Shown here one piece after another: positions 15,001 through 25,058 of a stretch of DNA of 64,000 nucleotides. A program made the position numbers and the translations under genes. The stretch is from NCBI RefSeq assembly GCF_018977255.1, contig NW_024704751.1:4216001-4280000 (forward strand). Reading direction: 5' to 3'. The DNA is from Callorhinchus milii (Eukaryota). Positions within the stretch are counted from its first letter, which is position 1; each line of letters opens with the position of its first letter. Under the pieces are notes generated by a model. The model did no database searches. It saw only the letters and a list, made by a program, of their open reading frames with translations, and was not told the DNA's origin.

Positions 15001-16446
15001 TATCACGTCGTTGAGACGTCTCAAAGGTCTTCACAGGGTTTTCTGTAAAATGCAGTGACTGAGCGTTTGTAGGTGAACGCAAATTTCCGCACAGCAAATG
15101 GCCGTATAGTGAATGACTGATTCCATCTGGGGAAATGTCAGCCAGAAGAAAGATACTTCCTGCTTTTTTCCGAATAGCGCCACGAGATCTTTAATGTCCG
15201 TCTGCACAGACACGGACGGGACCTCGGTTTAACGTCTCATCCGAAGGATGGCACCTTTGACAATGCATCGCTTGCCAACACCGTGACTATCGAGCACTGC
15301 ACTGGAGCCTAGACTGTGAGCTCAAAGTTCAAAGTCATGCTAGGAACAGGAGTAGGCCATTCAGCCCCTCGAGCCTGTTCCGCCATCCTATTAGATCATG
15401 GCTGATCAGTACCTCAACACCAATCACCCACCTTTGCCCCATATCCCTTGACACCCCGACCTAACAAAAAAATCTGTCCACCTCCATCTTGATAATTCGA
15501 ATGGATCCAGCATCCACGGCCTTTTGCGGGAGAGAGTTCCAGATTTCCACTACACTTTGCGTGAAAAACTGCGATGGTGGGGGGGTGGTGGGGGGTGGGG
15601 GGTGTGGAGTGCAGTGAGAGCAAGAGTTGAAGATGTGGGTTTCACAGTTTCGCTCTGATCTTTCCTTCTCTTCTCCTGCGACAGACACGGCAAAGTGCAA
15701 AACCTCCCCGGGAGCTGCTCTGAAATTCCGGTTCGAGAAAGTTCACCACAACCCAAACACGGTAAGTCAGTGGAGTCCTGTAGCTCAGTTGCCTCGCAAG
15801 CGAGATACCTGGGTTCAATTCCCGGCGGGGCGAAATGTTGGGCAAGTTTCCTTACTCCACCCGCCTCACTTTACTTAGCAGTAAGTGGGAACCCGGTTGT
15901 TAGTCGATTGGCGGATCGCTTTTTCGGAGGTAATAATTCCTTAAAAAAATAATAATAATAATAAATTGGTCACTTCAATCCACCGCGGTATTGGCACAGC
16001 AATGTAACCCCCAAATCCAAACGTGAATGTTAAACCCAGGCCCCGTCTTGGTCTGTCCAGGTGGACGTTAAAGATCTATTCGAAAAGAGAAGGGACTTTC
16101 TCCTAGAGCCCTTGGTTTTTGGAAAAAAAATACCTCTTCCAGAAAAGTTTGGTCATTCACTTCATGGCCGTTTGGGGGACGTTGATGTGCGTAAAAGTGC
16201 ACGCCTTTGATCGCCTACAAAATACCCATTCACGCCGCTTTACAATACATCTTGAGAAGAAGATCTTTGAGATGTTCTTCCTACATAAAAGGCGTATCAA
16301 ATGCAAGGATTATACGTATTATATGCAACCCGTACAGGGACTGGCTGAATTTTTTTCATACACACACACACACACACACACACGCAGATATATATGTATA
16401 TATATATCTCTGTCTCTCCCGTCTTCTTTTTAAGCAGAGTCACTAG
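76..16446 (+). CDS. RAP1GAP2: Rap1 GTPase-activating protein 2, 5'-incomplete (last 15 coding exons)
   Basis: Exons 76-129, 1155-1238, 2054-2154, 2863-2992, 4740-4895, 5160-5231, 5869-5955, 6150-6284, 8009-8146, 9677-9777, 11547-11660, 12747-12867, 14269-14386, 15685-15761, 16438-16446 (stop TAG). All are GT-AG and phase-consistent. The RapGAP domain includes [24 protein letters not shown] and the catalytic KRHIGND. RAP1GAP2-type motifs: [44 protein letters not shown]. Confidence 0.95.
360..800 (-). mobile_element. Deu-domain-type SINE (older family)
   Basis: Minus strand reads tctaggctgacactcc...ggaggtgccgtccttcagttgagacattaaactgaggtccc, resembling the Deu domain of DeuSINEs, followed by the shared core and tail. 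Confidence 0.75.
1590..1950 (-). mobile_element. Long-form SINE (older)
   Basis: Reverse-complement tail, core, central segment and degenerate tRNA head. Confidence 0.8.
2395..2800. mobile_element. Inverted pair of SINE 3' halves plus an extra tail
   Basis: Plus copy at about 2395-2570 and minus copy at about 2600-2750, joined at a (gat)n(aat)n tract. Confidence 0.8.
6560..6965 (+). mobile_element. Deu-domain-type SINE
   Basis: ggtctaggctgacactccag...ggaggtgccgtcctttggttgagatgtgaaaccaaggtccc, plus core and tail. It abuts a reverse SINE fragment at about 6440-6560. Confidence 0.75.
7690..7965. repeat. GT/GGGT-rich low-complexity tract
   Basis: Degenerate (gggt)n, (ggct)n and (gt)n upstream of RAP1GAP2 exon 8009. 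Confidence 0.9.
11690..12060 (-). mobile_element. Deu-domain-type SINE
   Basis: Reverse complement of the same Deu segment, core and degenerate head. Confidence 0.65.
14745..14940 (-). mobile_element. L2 LINE 3' fragment
   Basis: The reverse strand resembles the L2 ORF2 C-terminus (FKTHLK-type motif) and 3' UTR. Confidence 0.5.
14985..15330 (-). mobile_element. Deu-domain-type SINE
   Basis: gggacctcggtttaacgtctcatccgaaggatggcacc is the reverse Deu segment. The tail is at about 14985-15035. Confidence 0.7.
15342..15570 (-). mobile_element. CR1-clade LINE 3' end
   Basis: Minus-strand [33 protein letters not shown], then a 3' tail ggctgaatggcctactcctgttcct. Confidence 0.85.
15772..16320 (+). 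mobile_element. Long-form SINE head and centre followed by a Deu-type SINE 3' part
   Basis: The head starts 11 nt into the intron. A Deu-like segment (gttaaacccaggccccgtc...ggtggacgttaaagatc) follows from about 16030. Confidence 0.7.
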
Positions 16447-16676
16447 TGGGAAGTGAGCACTTCACCTGGAAACAGATTTATAAGGTGAGTCACGCTGCGA
16501 GTCCAAGCCTGTGACAGTCGGAGCTTGTGTTTTGTGTGGTTCTAAAGCAGGGAGCAAGTCAACTTTCTGTTGCTGGTCCAGCGAGGACCACCCTCCCCTT
16601 TAGGGCTATAGATTGCAGGGATAACAGGAGACGAGTCAGAAGAATTCTTTGTATGTAGAGGCGAGCGGGCTAATAT

Positions 16677-16960
16677 CAACAACAACAACAACTTGCATTT
16701 GTATATAGCATCCTCAAGCGCTTGACAGTGATGGAGTCTGACCGAGCCAGAGGGAGTTGGGGGTGGGGTGGGAGGAGGTGACTGTAAACACGATCAAAAA
16801 GGAAGGTCTTCAGGTGGGATTGGAAGGCGGGGAGAGAAGGGGGCAAGGCGGAAGGATTGAGGGAGAGAGTTTCAGGGCGTGATGGCTGATTGCACGGCCA
16901 CCCCTGGGGTATTAGGTGGCTCATGTGGAGGAAAGTCGAGAGTGCAGAGCTGATGTACCG
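16677..16960 (-). mobile_element. L2 LINE 3' end
   Basis: Minus-strand SLPAFQSHLKTFLFDRVY (L2 ORF2 C-terminus), then the tail gctatatacaaatgcaag(ttg)n. Confidence 0.75.
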
Positions 16961-17236
16961 AGTTGTAACGTTCGATGATCGATGCCAAATTCTCTCCGAT
17001 GATTTACCGATTTATTTACTGTCGTTATGTCCTCTTTTTCAGTAAACGCCAACCCAGCTAACGGCCCTTTAGTGCGATGCGCCATCGCCATTTCTTTGAC
17101 GGCTTTGTGAGAACTCGCATTCACTACAAAAAGTAGCTACGGAAAAGTTTTGCCCTTCGCTACCCTTAAAGCTGCGTCTTTTGTTTCTCTCTCTCTCTCT
17201 CTTTCTCTCTTACTCTCGCTCTCTCCGTTCCGCGAG

Positions 17237-20200
17237 GAAGGAGAGTAGCACTGAGACATCCCACCTGCTGTGTCAGGGGTTCAAATAAACTGCTCCAAGT
17301 ATTGCCTCCTGAGGAGATACCCTCCATGACTCCGAGTGACCCAGAGGACAGCACAGAGGGGAGATCTTTGACCTTGGTTTCAGTTTGTTTGTTTGTTTGT
17401 TTGTTTCTCATGTATTGGCCGTACAAATTGTGAAGACCAGGCGAGGCTTGAACCTTATTTTTTTAACAAAAGCCAAAATGAAACACGCCAAAATGTTTCG
17501 AGATTGAGAGTATCACGCCCTCGTTTCCAGATCGAGGCGATGAAATATATTTTGTTTGAAGATTATGCGGGTGCTCGTGCAGTGAAATCTCACTGAGTTG
17601 ACCTTTGTTGAGGGGGGGGGCTGGGTGGGGTGGGGGGAGTTCATGGGAGGGGGCGGCTGGAGGGGAAGGGAAGGGAGAAGGATTGCAAGGAGACTTCCAT
17701 GTTTTTTTTTAGGGACACTAGCTCTTGTGAAGTGTCGGACCTTGAGGAAACAGTTGTAGGGCGTGTGCAGGTCACAGCTCAAAATGGAAACTGTGCCCAT
17801 GGTTTGTGTGTCTTGAGAATCTCCTAACTGCTCCTCTGGGGTTTGATCAGGTACAAAAGTCAAGGATGGCCATGTTTTCCCCATATCCTGGCTCCTTGCA
17901 GCGCGGAGAGGGTGTGTGATGGAGAAAGGGAGGGGCAAGCGAGATGGAGAGAGTGGGGGGCGTGGGCGAGATGGAGAGAGTGGGAGTGGGGTTGAGATGG
18001 AGAGAGAGAGAGAGAGAGAGGGTGGGGGCAAGATGGAGAGAGGGGGGTGTGGGGGTGAGAGATGGAGAAGGGGTGCGTGAGGGGGGTGGTGGTGAGCGAT
18101 GGAGAGAGGGTGCCCAAGTATAATTTATTTGAACTCCTGCTGATGTTGCTTTGCACCAGTACTCCACGTGAGAAGCTAAAACCTACGTGTCGTAACCCGT
18201 TATCTGCCACGTTGTACACTGCCCGTTGACAAAAATCGTGCCCACCTTAGGATTGTCGTCTGCCTATTTCATACTCAAAACAGTTTTAAATGTGGTGCGT
18301 GTGCAAAAGGAAAATCTCGCCTTGTCGTCTTAGGGGCAAACCCATCCTTCGGGGATTCCAGTAGAATTTCTGCACCGATAAGCGAAATGTACACCAGTTT
18401 GTGTGAGGGGGGGGGGGAGGAAACGGGGCGAACCGACAAGATTCCTCCCGCGTTACTAAATTCCTCCCACGTCTTGATTTATATTATTTCCTCAGCTTTT
18501 CAGGGCACGGAGCAGCTTTGGCAAATTCCTAAATTCAGGCTGGATTCGGTAGCTCTCGTGGAGCCCAGACCCAAAAAAAAAAGGCTCGAAGTCGAGATGG
18601 AAATGCAACACTATGCCAAATCTTGCTCGCTCTTAAATGCTGAGAGATTAGTGTGTCTGCAATTTCTGCTCCTCCTCCCCACCCACCCCCCCACCCACGC
18701 CTTTTACAAGCTGTTCATCGACCGTAGGTTTTGTTCCTCTCGAATGATGGCGTTCTTGACCTTTTGGAGGAACAGGCTGAGAGGTGATGTACACAACCAG
18801 CCGACGGTTCCCAATCCCAATTTGCTACAAAAATGCCCTTTGGGAGGAAAACCAAATAGAACGTGGCCGCCCCGTGGGAACACGGCCGTCTGGGTCCCAC
18901 GTCTCGGACCAAACGCCCCCCTTCGCACGGGTAAATGGCCAACCTCTGGGTGGGTGGTTAGGTGACCGTCAACGTCACTTCTTGTGCGCGCGCGAGCTGC
19001 TCGCAGGGCGCAGGAAGAGATGTCAGCGGCAACCTGGGGACCTGGAAATATCCTTTTTCTTTAGCGTGCCGGAAGCCAAGATGGCGCCGCCTTATAAGCA
19101 AAGCACTTTATTAGCAGGTTGCCCCCGTTCCAACCCGCCCCCCCACCGTACGTTGCTATTGGCCAGCGTTTTGGTGCAGTTGTGCTACTGTTAATCCCAG
19201 GAGAGCTACGACATGTTCTGTGATCCTATCTGTCTCTCTGATGGTACTGTACAAATAATCAACGTTAGAAATTAGCAAGCCAAAAAAAAAAAATCTCATC
19301 TGCAGATGTAAGCGTGCATATTTTTGTAAAGATGATAGTTATTTAGGATTAAATGGGGCAGGGATGCTGGCTTCGTGAAAGAATGTTCGGCAAGTTTTTA
19401 TTCAGGCTGAGGATGGGGCGTCAATGCGAAGCTCTGAGCACATTGACACCCTGCACGAAGAACAGGAATATGTTTGATGCAATTTGACTGTGTCGTGCGT
19501 TGGTATTTGAATCGGTGGGTGGGGTGGGGTGGGGGGGCGTTGGGGGTTGCGGGGGGTTCGGAGAAGTTTGCCAAGCTTTATTTTTTCACGAAACCCTTTG
19601 AAGGGGTTAATCGAGCCAGGCTTTGGGGACCAAATCCAGCTCAAGAGTTGTCTGTGAGGGACCTCTTGTGGCTGAAGGCCAGTAAATGATGTGAGAGTTC
19701 GATGATGATTGGAATCAGTGGCAGCTTCAGTGCAGAACTGTTAGAAGTCAGGAATCTGTTGACGTGACGCTCATTCAGATAAAGCAGCATCCAGTTATTT
19801 CGGACATTTTTCTTTTAAACCCCCCCCTAAAAAATCCTCAATTCGGACAGAAATCTGAAAAACAATATTTAAGGCCGTGATATTTATATCTAATGGTGCA
19901 GGATATTAGAAAATTTCTCGTGTGAATCTAGGTTAGTCGAGGAAGAGGGGGTGAATATAGCTTTCTTTTCTTTTTTAATTCCCCCCCCACCCACCCCACC
20001 CCTCTCTTGCCCCACTCTCTCTCATCCAAGCCTTACTCCCCTTTCACAAGATGTCATTCATCAGCAAATATCAACCTATCTATTTTCACCCAAAGATAAC
20101 CAAAGGGGCCTTCACATTGGGCACTCAAGTGATGAAATCTCTTTTCAAAAAAAAGTTGGAAAAACTCAGCACTGCAAACAATTTAATGCACTTTCCGTAA

Positions 20201-21625
20201 CACTCAAACCTTCTGAAGTAAACAATTCTTATTCTAACACATCACCTGAGGCCCACAATTCCAACCGGTCGTAGCCTGTAAAACTTTTACCGTTTCAAAT
20301 CCTGGAGAGGGAGAAGGGTGGTGGGGGGGGAGGCGGGAGTTTAAATTAAGACCGAAATTTGGAAGCTGCTTTATTTTTTAAAATAAAAAATCGCGACTGA
20401 ATTTAAGAAGTTTTCCACCCTCCTTAAATTTGAAGGTGAAATTGTCGTTGCTGCTCAGACTGGGTCAGCACATTCATGTGATCAAACAAATACAGGAAGG
20501 GGACCACGTCCATCTTATATTAAATTAATTAATATGTTCAAATATCAATATAAAAATACATTTAATGTAAGTCTTCTGCATTCCTTGTTTAAAAAAAAGA
20601 CTGAGAATTTCCTTTCAATTCTCTTCACTCCCCCTCCTCTCCCGAAGGTGTTTTTTTTTAACCCCTTTTATCCTCTTACTGGTGTCTGCTTTCCCATGCC
20701 CCTCTCCAAAGTGGCCACTGTTCAATATTGACGGTGAGTGAAGGAACCAGATTAGGAGCATCGGTGGGAACGCAGATCTGGATCGTGTAGTTCTTCATCG
20801 GGAATTGATTTGGGACGTCTCAAAGACGTGATAAGGCTCTACAATCAAATGCAAGGATTGTGATTATTATTACCAAGTCGGTAAACCAGGGCAACAGAAG
20901 GTTGATGTGGAAAATGCATGGTTATACGATGGGGGGGTGGGTGAGGAGATACTCATTGAATGAGGAGAGCTGATAAGAAGGGTCTTAAATTAAATCACCA
21001 CCGAACCTAACTCACAATGTACCTTTAACGTGAAAGTGCATTCGTTGCTGACACTAAACACCTCCATCTTTCACCTTAATCCGCCCAAAAGGCTTGTTTT
21101 TATTTTGAAAAAAAAGCACTATTTGCACACAGCTTTTGTGCCAATCGTGAGTTAAAGGGGAGTGAAAGCGCCAAAGTTTGTTGCGCCTTCTTTAAATATA
21201 AGACCTCACGCTTTAAAGAAAAACAAAGTGACTGTTCCTCACACGTCAATAGTATTCACCTTCAGAACTTCCTTGGAAGTGTAACATAGAATGCAGAAGG
21301 CTGAATTATTGAGCTGAACGGACGTATAAAGCGTCTATAGCCATCAGTTGTTGAGATTGCTGGACATGAATGTGACTGACCCGTGGCAAGTGGGAGTACT
21401 ATTTGAGCCGCAGCATAGCTTTATGAAGCTGCCTGGACTGTCTGCAGCTGTAAATACTGTACATTTAATTTATTGCTACTTTGGCAAATTTCTTTCGTCG
21501 TCGTGTTGTTTTAAAACAGAAAAAAAAATAACTCATTTGTACATTTGGTTTTCCTGTCCTGTCTTTTTTTGTGTGTGTGTGTGAGTGTAACGCAACAGAA
21601 TAATAAATGTGGTATTTTGTGTCAA
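17237..21625 (+). other. RAP1GAP2: Probable terminal 3' UTR exon of RAP1GAP2
   Basis: The stop-containing exon ends at a GTGAGT donor (16485). A long polypyrimidine tract ends near 17236-17248 (exact AG uncertain). AATAAA at 21602-21607 follows a U/GU-rich stretch. The interval is nearly SINE-free. Confidence 0.55.
17930..18110. repeat. Purine-rich minisatellite (gagatggagagag...)
   Basis: About seven recurrences of gatggaga at roughly 20-30 nt spacing. Confidence 0.8.
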
Positions 21626-23199
21626 AATGATTTTGAGAATTGAGTTGTCTTTTATTTGAGGCTATTTCTGCTTCGACATTAACCATTGTGTATTCAACCC
21701 ACTTAAAAGGGGAAGACGAGTTTACCACTGGATCCTAAAACATTACAGAGCGGCATTAAAGAGGGACGGCAACACGCAGGACTGAAGGTCCCGAGTATAT
21801 TCTACACTCGGCCAACTTAAAGCGGAGGGTGAACTTGCTATCCTGGTCGCAAATATTACGAGGCATCATGGGGTTGGGAGCAGAGCTGAATGATCTGAGT
21901 CTATTGTGCCTCGGCCAACTTAAAGAACTGGGTCGTAAAGTTTACGGAGAGGCAAGGAATAGAGGGGGGAGCAACTCTTGTTCACAAAAATATCTTTTCA
22001 CCTTTCCTTTGTGGGTTGCCACCCGAGTCTCCTCAAGGAGACTACGCAAATCCCTGACTGTCCAACGGCGCCTTGGGACGTCCTCCCGCCGTGAAAGGCG
22101 CCGTGCGAATGTCATTCTGTTTTGTCGTGCGGGGGCGGCGTGTAATCCGACACACTCGGTCGGAAGGAGTGAGCGAATTATCTTTACCGATTGCACGCCT
22201 CCTCTCCTCCTGTTGCACGCCACTCGCTGCTTCAATGTGGAGATTATGTGCAACCCAAGTAGCCGATTGTGACTTGCAAAACGGGCGAGATCCTGGGCTT
22301 CCCGTTTGACCTACTGAACCTGAAACCGAGGTGCGATCACAATCCGAGCTCCACTTTTATAGCCAAGTGGGTTTCCCCTTTTGTAGTAACGTATTTGAAG
22401 TCGCCTCACTCCGGCCTATTAGTGACAAAGATCTGGGGTTCAAAACCAAAAATGACAGTGAATCCACTTGTATTTTGGGGGGGGCTTTTAACTACTTTTA
22501 CAGTGAGGTGGGCAGGTACTAATGCAGTTTTATTTCACTAAGGTGGTGCGTCCGATTGAGAAAATCATCTATTTTAATAATTACTGCATTTGATACAGCG
22601 CCACTCACTTTGGGAGAACATCAAAGCGCTTCACAGGTTTTATTGTAAAGGGTAGTGATTGTATTTTGTAGGTGAACCCAGCAGTCATGAAGTGAAGGGA
22701 CCAATTTTATTCGGGGGAATTGTTGGCCAGGACACCGGGAAAAACTCTCTTCTCTTCCCGAATAGTGCCATGGGATATTTAATATAACATATACACGCAA
22801 ACACATAGCAAGCGGCAAAATTTACTGTAAAGTTTACTGATGAAGTATGAAACGCTAATTTTAGTGACTGTGATGAAGTGGTTGCCCTTGAGTGAGAACT
22901 CGAGTCAGCCGATGGTTTCAATGGAGAGTGTGTTGTCGTGAGTTGGGAATGCAGATTAAAAGATACGGGAGCAACTCAGTGAGGGCTTGAACAATGCGTG
23001 TATTTATTGACTGGGTTTGACCACTTGGCGACATTGCAATGAACAAAGGTTGGGTAAAGGCCACATCAACATTCGTAGACAGAGAGCCTGTCCCCTGGTG
23101 GCATCTGCTGTGTTTGCCACAACCATCTTCAACTCCCAAGAGTACCTGCTGTCACACCAATAGCATCATTTTCCAGCCATTCAATCGATACCTTATAAT

Positions 23200-23521
23200 A
23201 ATAATAAATAATAATAATCCTTGCATTTGATATAGCGCTTTTCACGTCGGGAGGACGTCCCAAAGCGCTTCACAGAACATACTGTAAAGTGAATTGACTG
23301 TATATTTGTGGGCGAACGCGGCAGCCAATTGCGCACAGCAATGTCCCACAAACCGTAGATTGAAAATGACCAATTTATTATTGTTTTGCTTTTTGGAGGG
23401 ATTATTATTAGGCTCTGTGTGGAGTAAGGAAACTTGCCCAAGGTTTCGCCCTCTGCCTGGAATTGAACTCAGGTCTCTCGCTTGCAAAGCGAGTGCTCTA
23501 ACCACTGAGCTACAGGACTCC
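23200..23521 (-). mobile_element. Young tRNA-derived SINE, short subfamily, full length
   Basis: tRNA-Ala(TGC)-like head with A box (TAGCTCAGTGG) and B box (GAGTTCAATTCC), the shared core, and a tail ending gcgctatatcaaatgcaagg(att)n. Near-identical to the copies at 28918, 32500, 35739 and 43151. Confidence 0.9.
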
Positions 23522-23649
23522 ATACCTTGGCCCGGACAGGAGAAAACCACTGACTGAACACACACACACACACACACACACATAGCTGGCCTTTGTATCA
23601 ACCTGACACCGAGCGGGACCCACAACACTGCCCCTGAAAAGTATTTTTT

Positions 23650-24511
23650 TTATATCATTTATTTTATAAATTAATTTATTTTCGACAATTTATTTTTTTA
23701 ATAAAAATGATCACTTAAAATTTAGGTGGGGGGGGTGGAGGGGAGGGCAAAGAGAGGAGGAAATATATGTACTTTTTTTAATTTCAACTTCACTTACCCC
23801 CAGAGAGAGAGAGAGAGAGAAAAAAATCCTTGATATGGACAAACTCTCTCACCCCGCCCGAGGCACACGACGATTGTGTTTTAATAACGTTTCATTTTTG
23901 GTCATCCACGTGCGGAAACCCATCACCCAGGTTCAAAAGAGCTCTGGAAGAATGCGAGTTATCAGGATTTGGTGAGTGGGATGGGAGGGGAGGGGAGGGG
24001 GAGAAAGAGATTAATATTTTATAAGCATTTGGGTCCGGGGAGAAATAGTGAAAATATATCATGTACTTTTCTCACGATTTGCTTCCACACTAACTCTGTT
24101 CATTCCCCCACCATCTGGATATAATAATCCTTGCATTTGATACAGCGCCTTTTCACATCTTCGAGGCGTCTCAAAGGGCTTCACAGAATATACTGTAAAC
24201 TGATTGACTGTGTATTTTGTGGCCGAAACTATATAAACGTCACAATAAGAAATTCTGTGATCTTGTGGGCCCTGCGCGTCCGAGTCCAGAGAACTATGCT
24301 TTGAAAAAGTTCAGTGAAATCATTTTCACGTTCATCCTGAGACTCTGACGTCAATGTTGTCCCAGTCGCCAATCCGACTGCTTTAACGTAGTTTGAGGCC
24401 TTCGCTCTTGTGACTTAAGTCTCGTTAGGAATTAACGTCCTTTGATTGGGGAGAGGGGAAACACATCACGAAGCAACAAATAGTGTTCCTGCTGTCTCAG
24501 CTCGGCCACAG
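23650..24511 (-). other. Probable terminal 3' UTR exon of the tapasin-like gene
   Basis: A GTGAGT donor follows 25039 (minus strand). A strong acceptor ctccttctctttgtcttcttatcag| lies at 24512/24511. There are AATAAA candidates on the minus strand around 23660-23690. Confidence 0.5.
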
Positions 24512-25058
24512 CTGATAAGAAGACAAAGAGAAGGAGAGTTTGAGTCCTGTTGATCTCAGTCACCTTGAGGCAATGGTCATTTCATTCACATAAAATAACA
24601 ATGATAATAAATCCGGCATTTAACACAGCGCCTTTCACGTCAACGCACTTCACAGGACACACTGTAAAGTGTGTTTTGTCGGCCAACTTGTTTGAAACCA
24701 GCTGACACAATATGAATGAATGAGCCTACTTTACATGTGTACCCTATTCTCTGGAACTCCCAACCTCTATCTGTCTTTTAAACACTGCCTCAAAACAACA
24801 ACAATTTGCATTTATATAGCGCCCTTCAAGCAGGGCAGTGTCCCGGAGCGCTTAAACCCAACCCCCTTCAACAGCAGCTATGGTCACCTCCCTCTTGCTT
24901 CCGCTCATCACCCAGGTAAATACTGTCTCACATTTGACCTGTGACTTTGGCTGGTCTGGTATCAGTCTCATCAGTCAGTTTCACGATCAGTATAAAGCGA
25001 AACCACATTCATTGCCCAGAGCTCTTCCATACACTCACCCTGAGTCTTGCCCGATGCT

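Noticed and set aside
76-16484. U12-type introns or non-canonical splice sites
   Set aside because: All traced donors are ordinary GT sites and none has the GTATCCTT/ATATCCTT signature.
18387-19194. 192-aa and 136-aa plus-strand ORFs in the RAP1GAP2 3' region
   Set aside because: No homology I recognise and no splice context. The open frames are explained by local GC richness.
21990-22110. Minus-strand peptide TVRDLRSLLEETRVATHKGKVKRYF, reminiscent of a Tc1 transposase HTH
   Set aside because: It is short, has no DDE domain or TIRs nearby, and abuts an L2/SINE tail that supplies part of the ORF. Probably coincidence.
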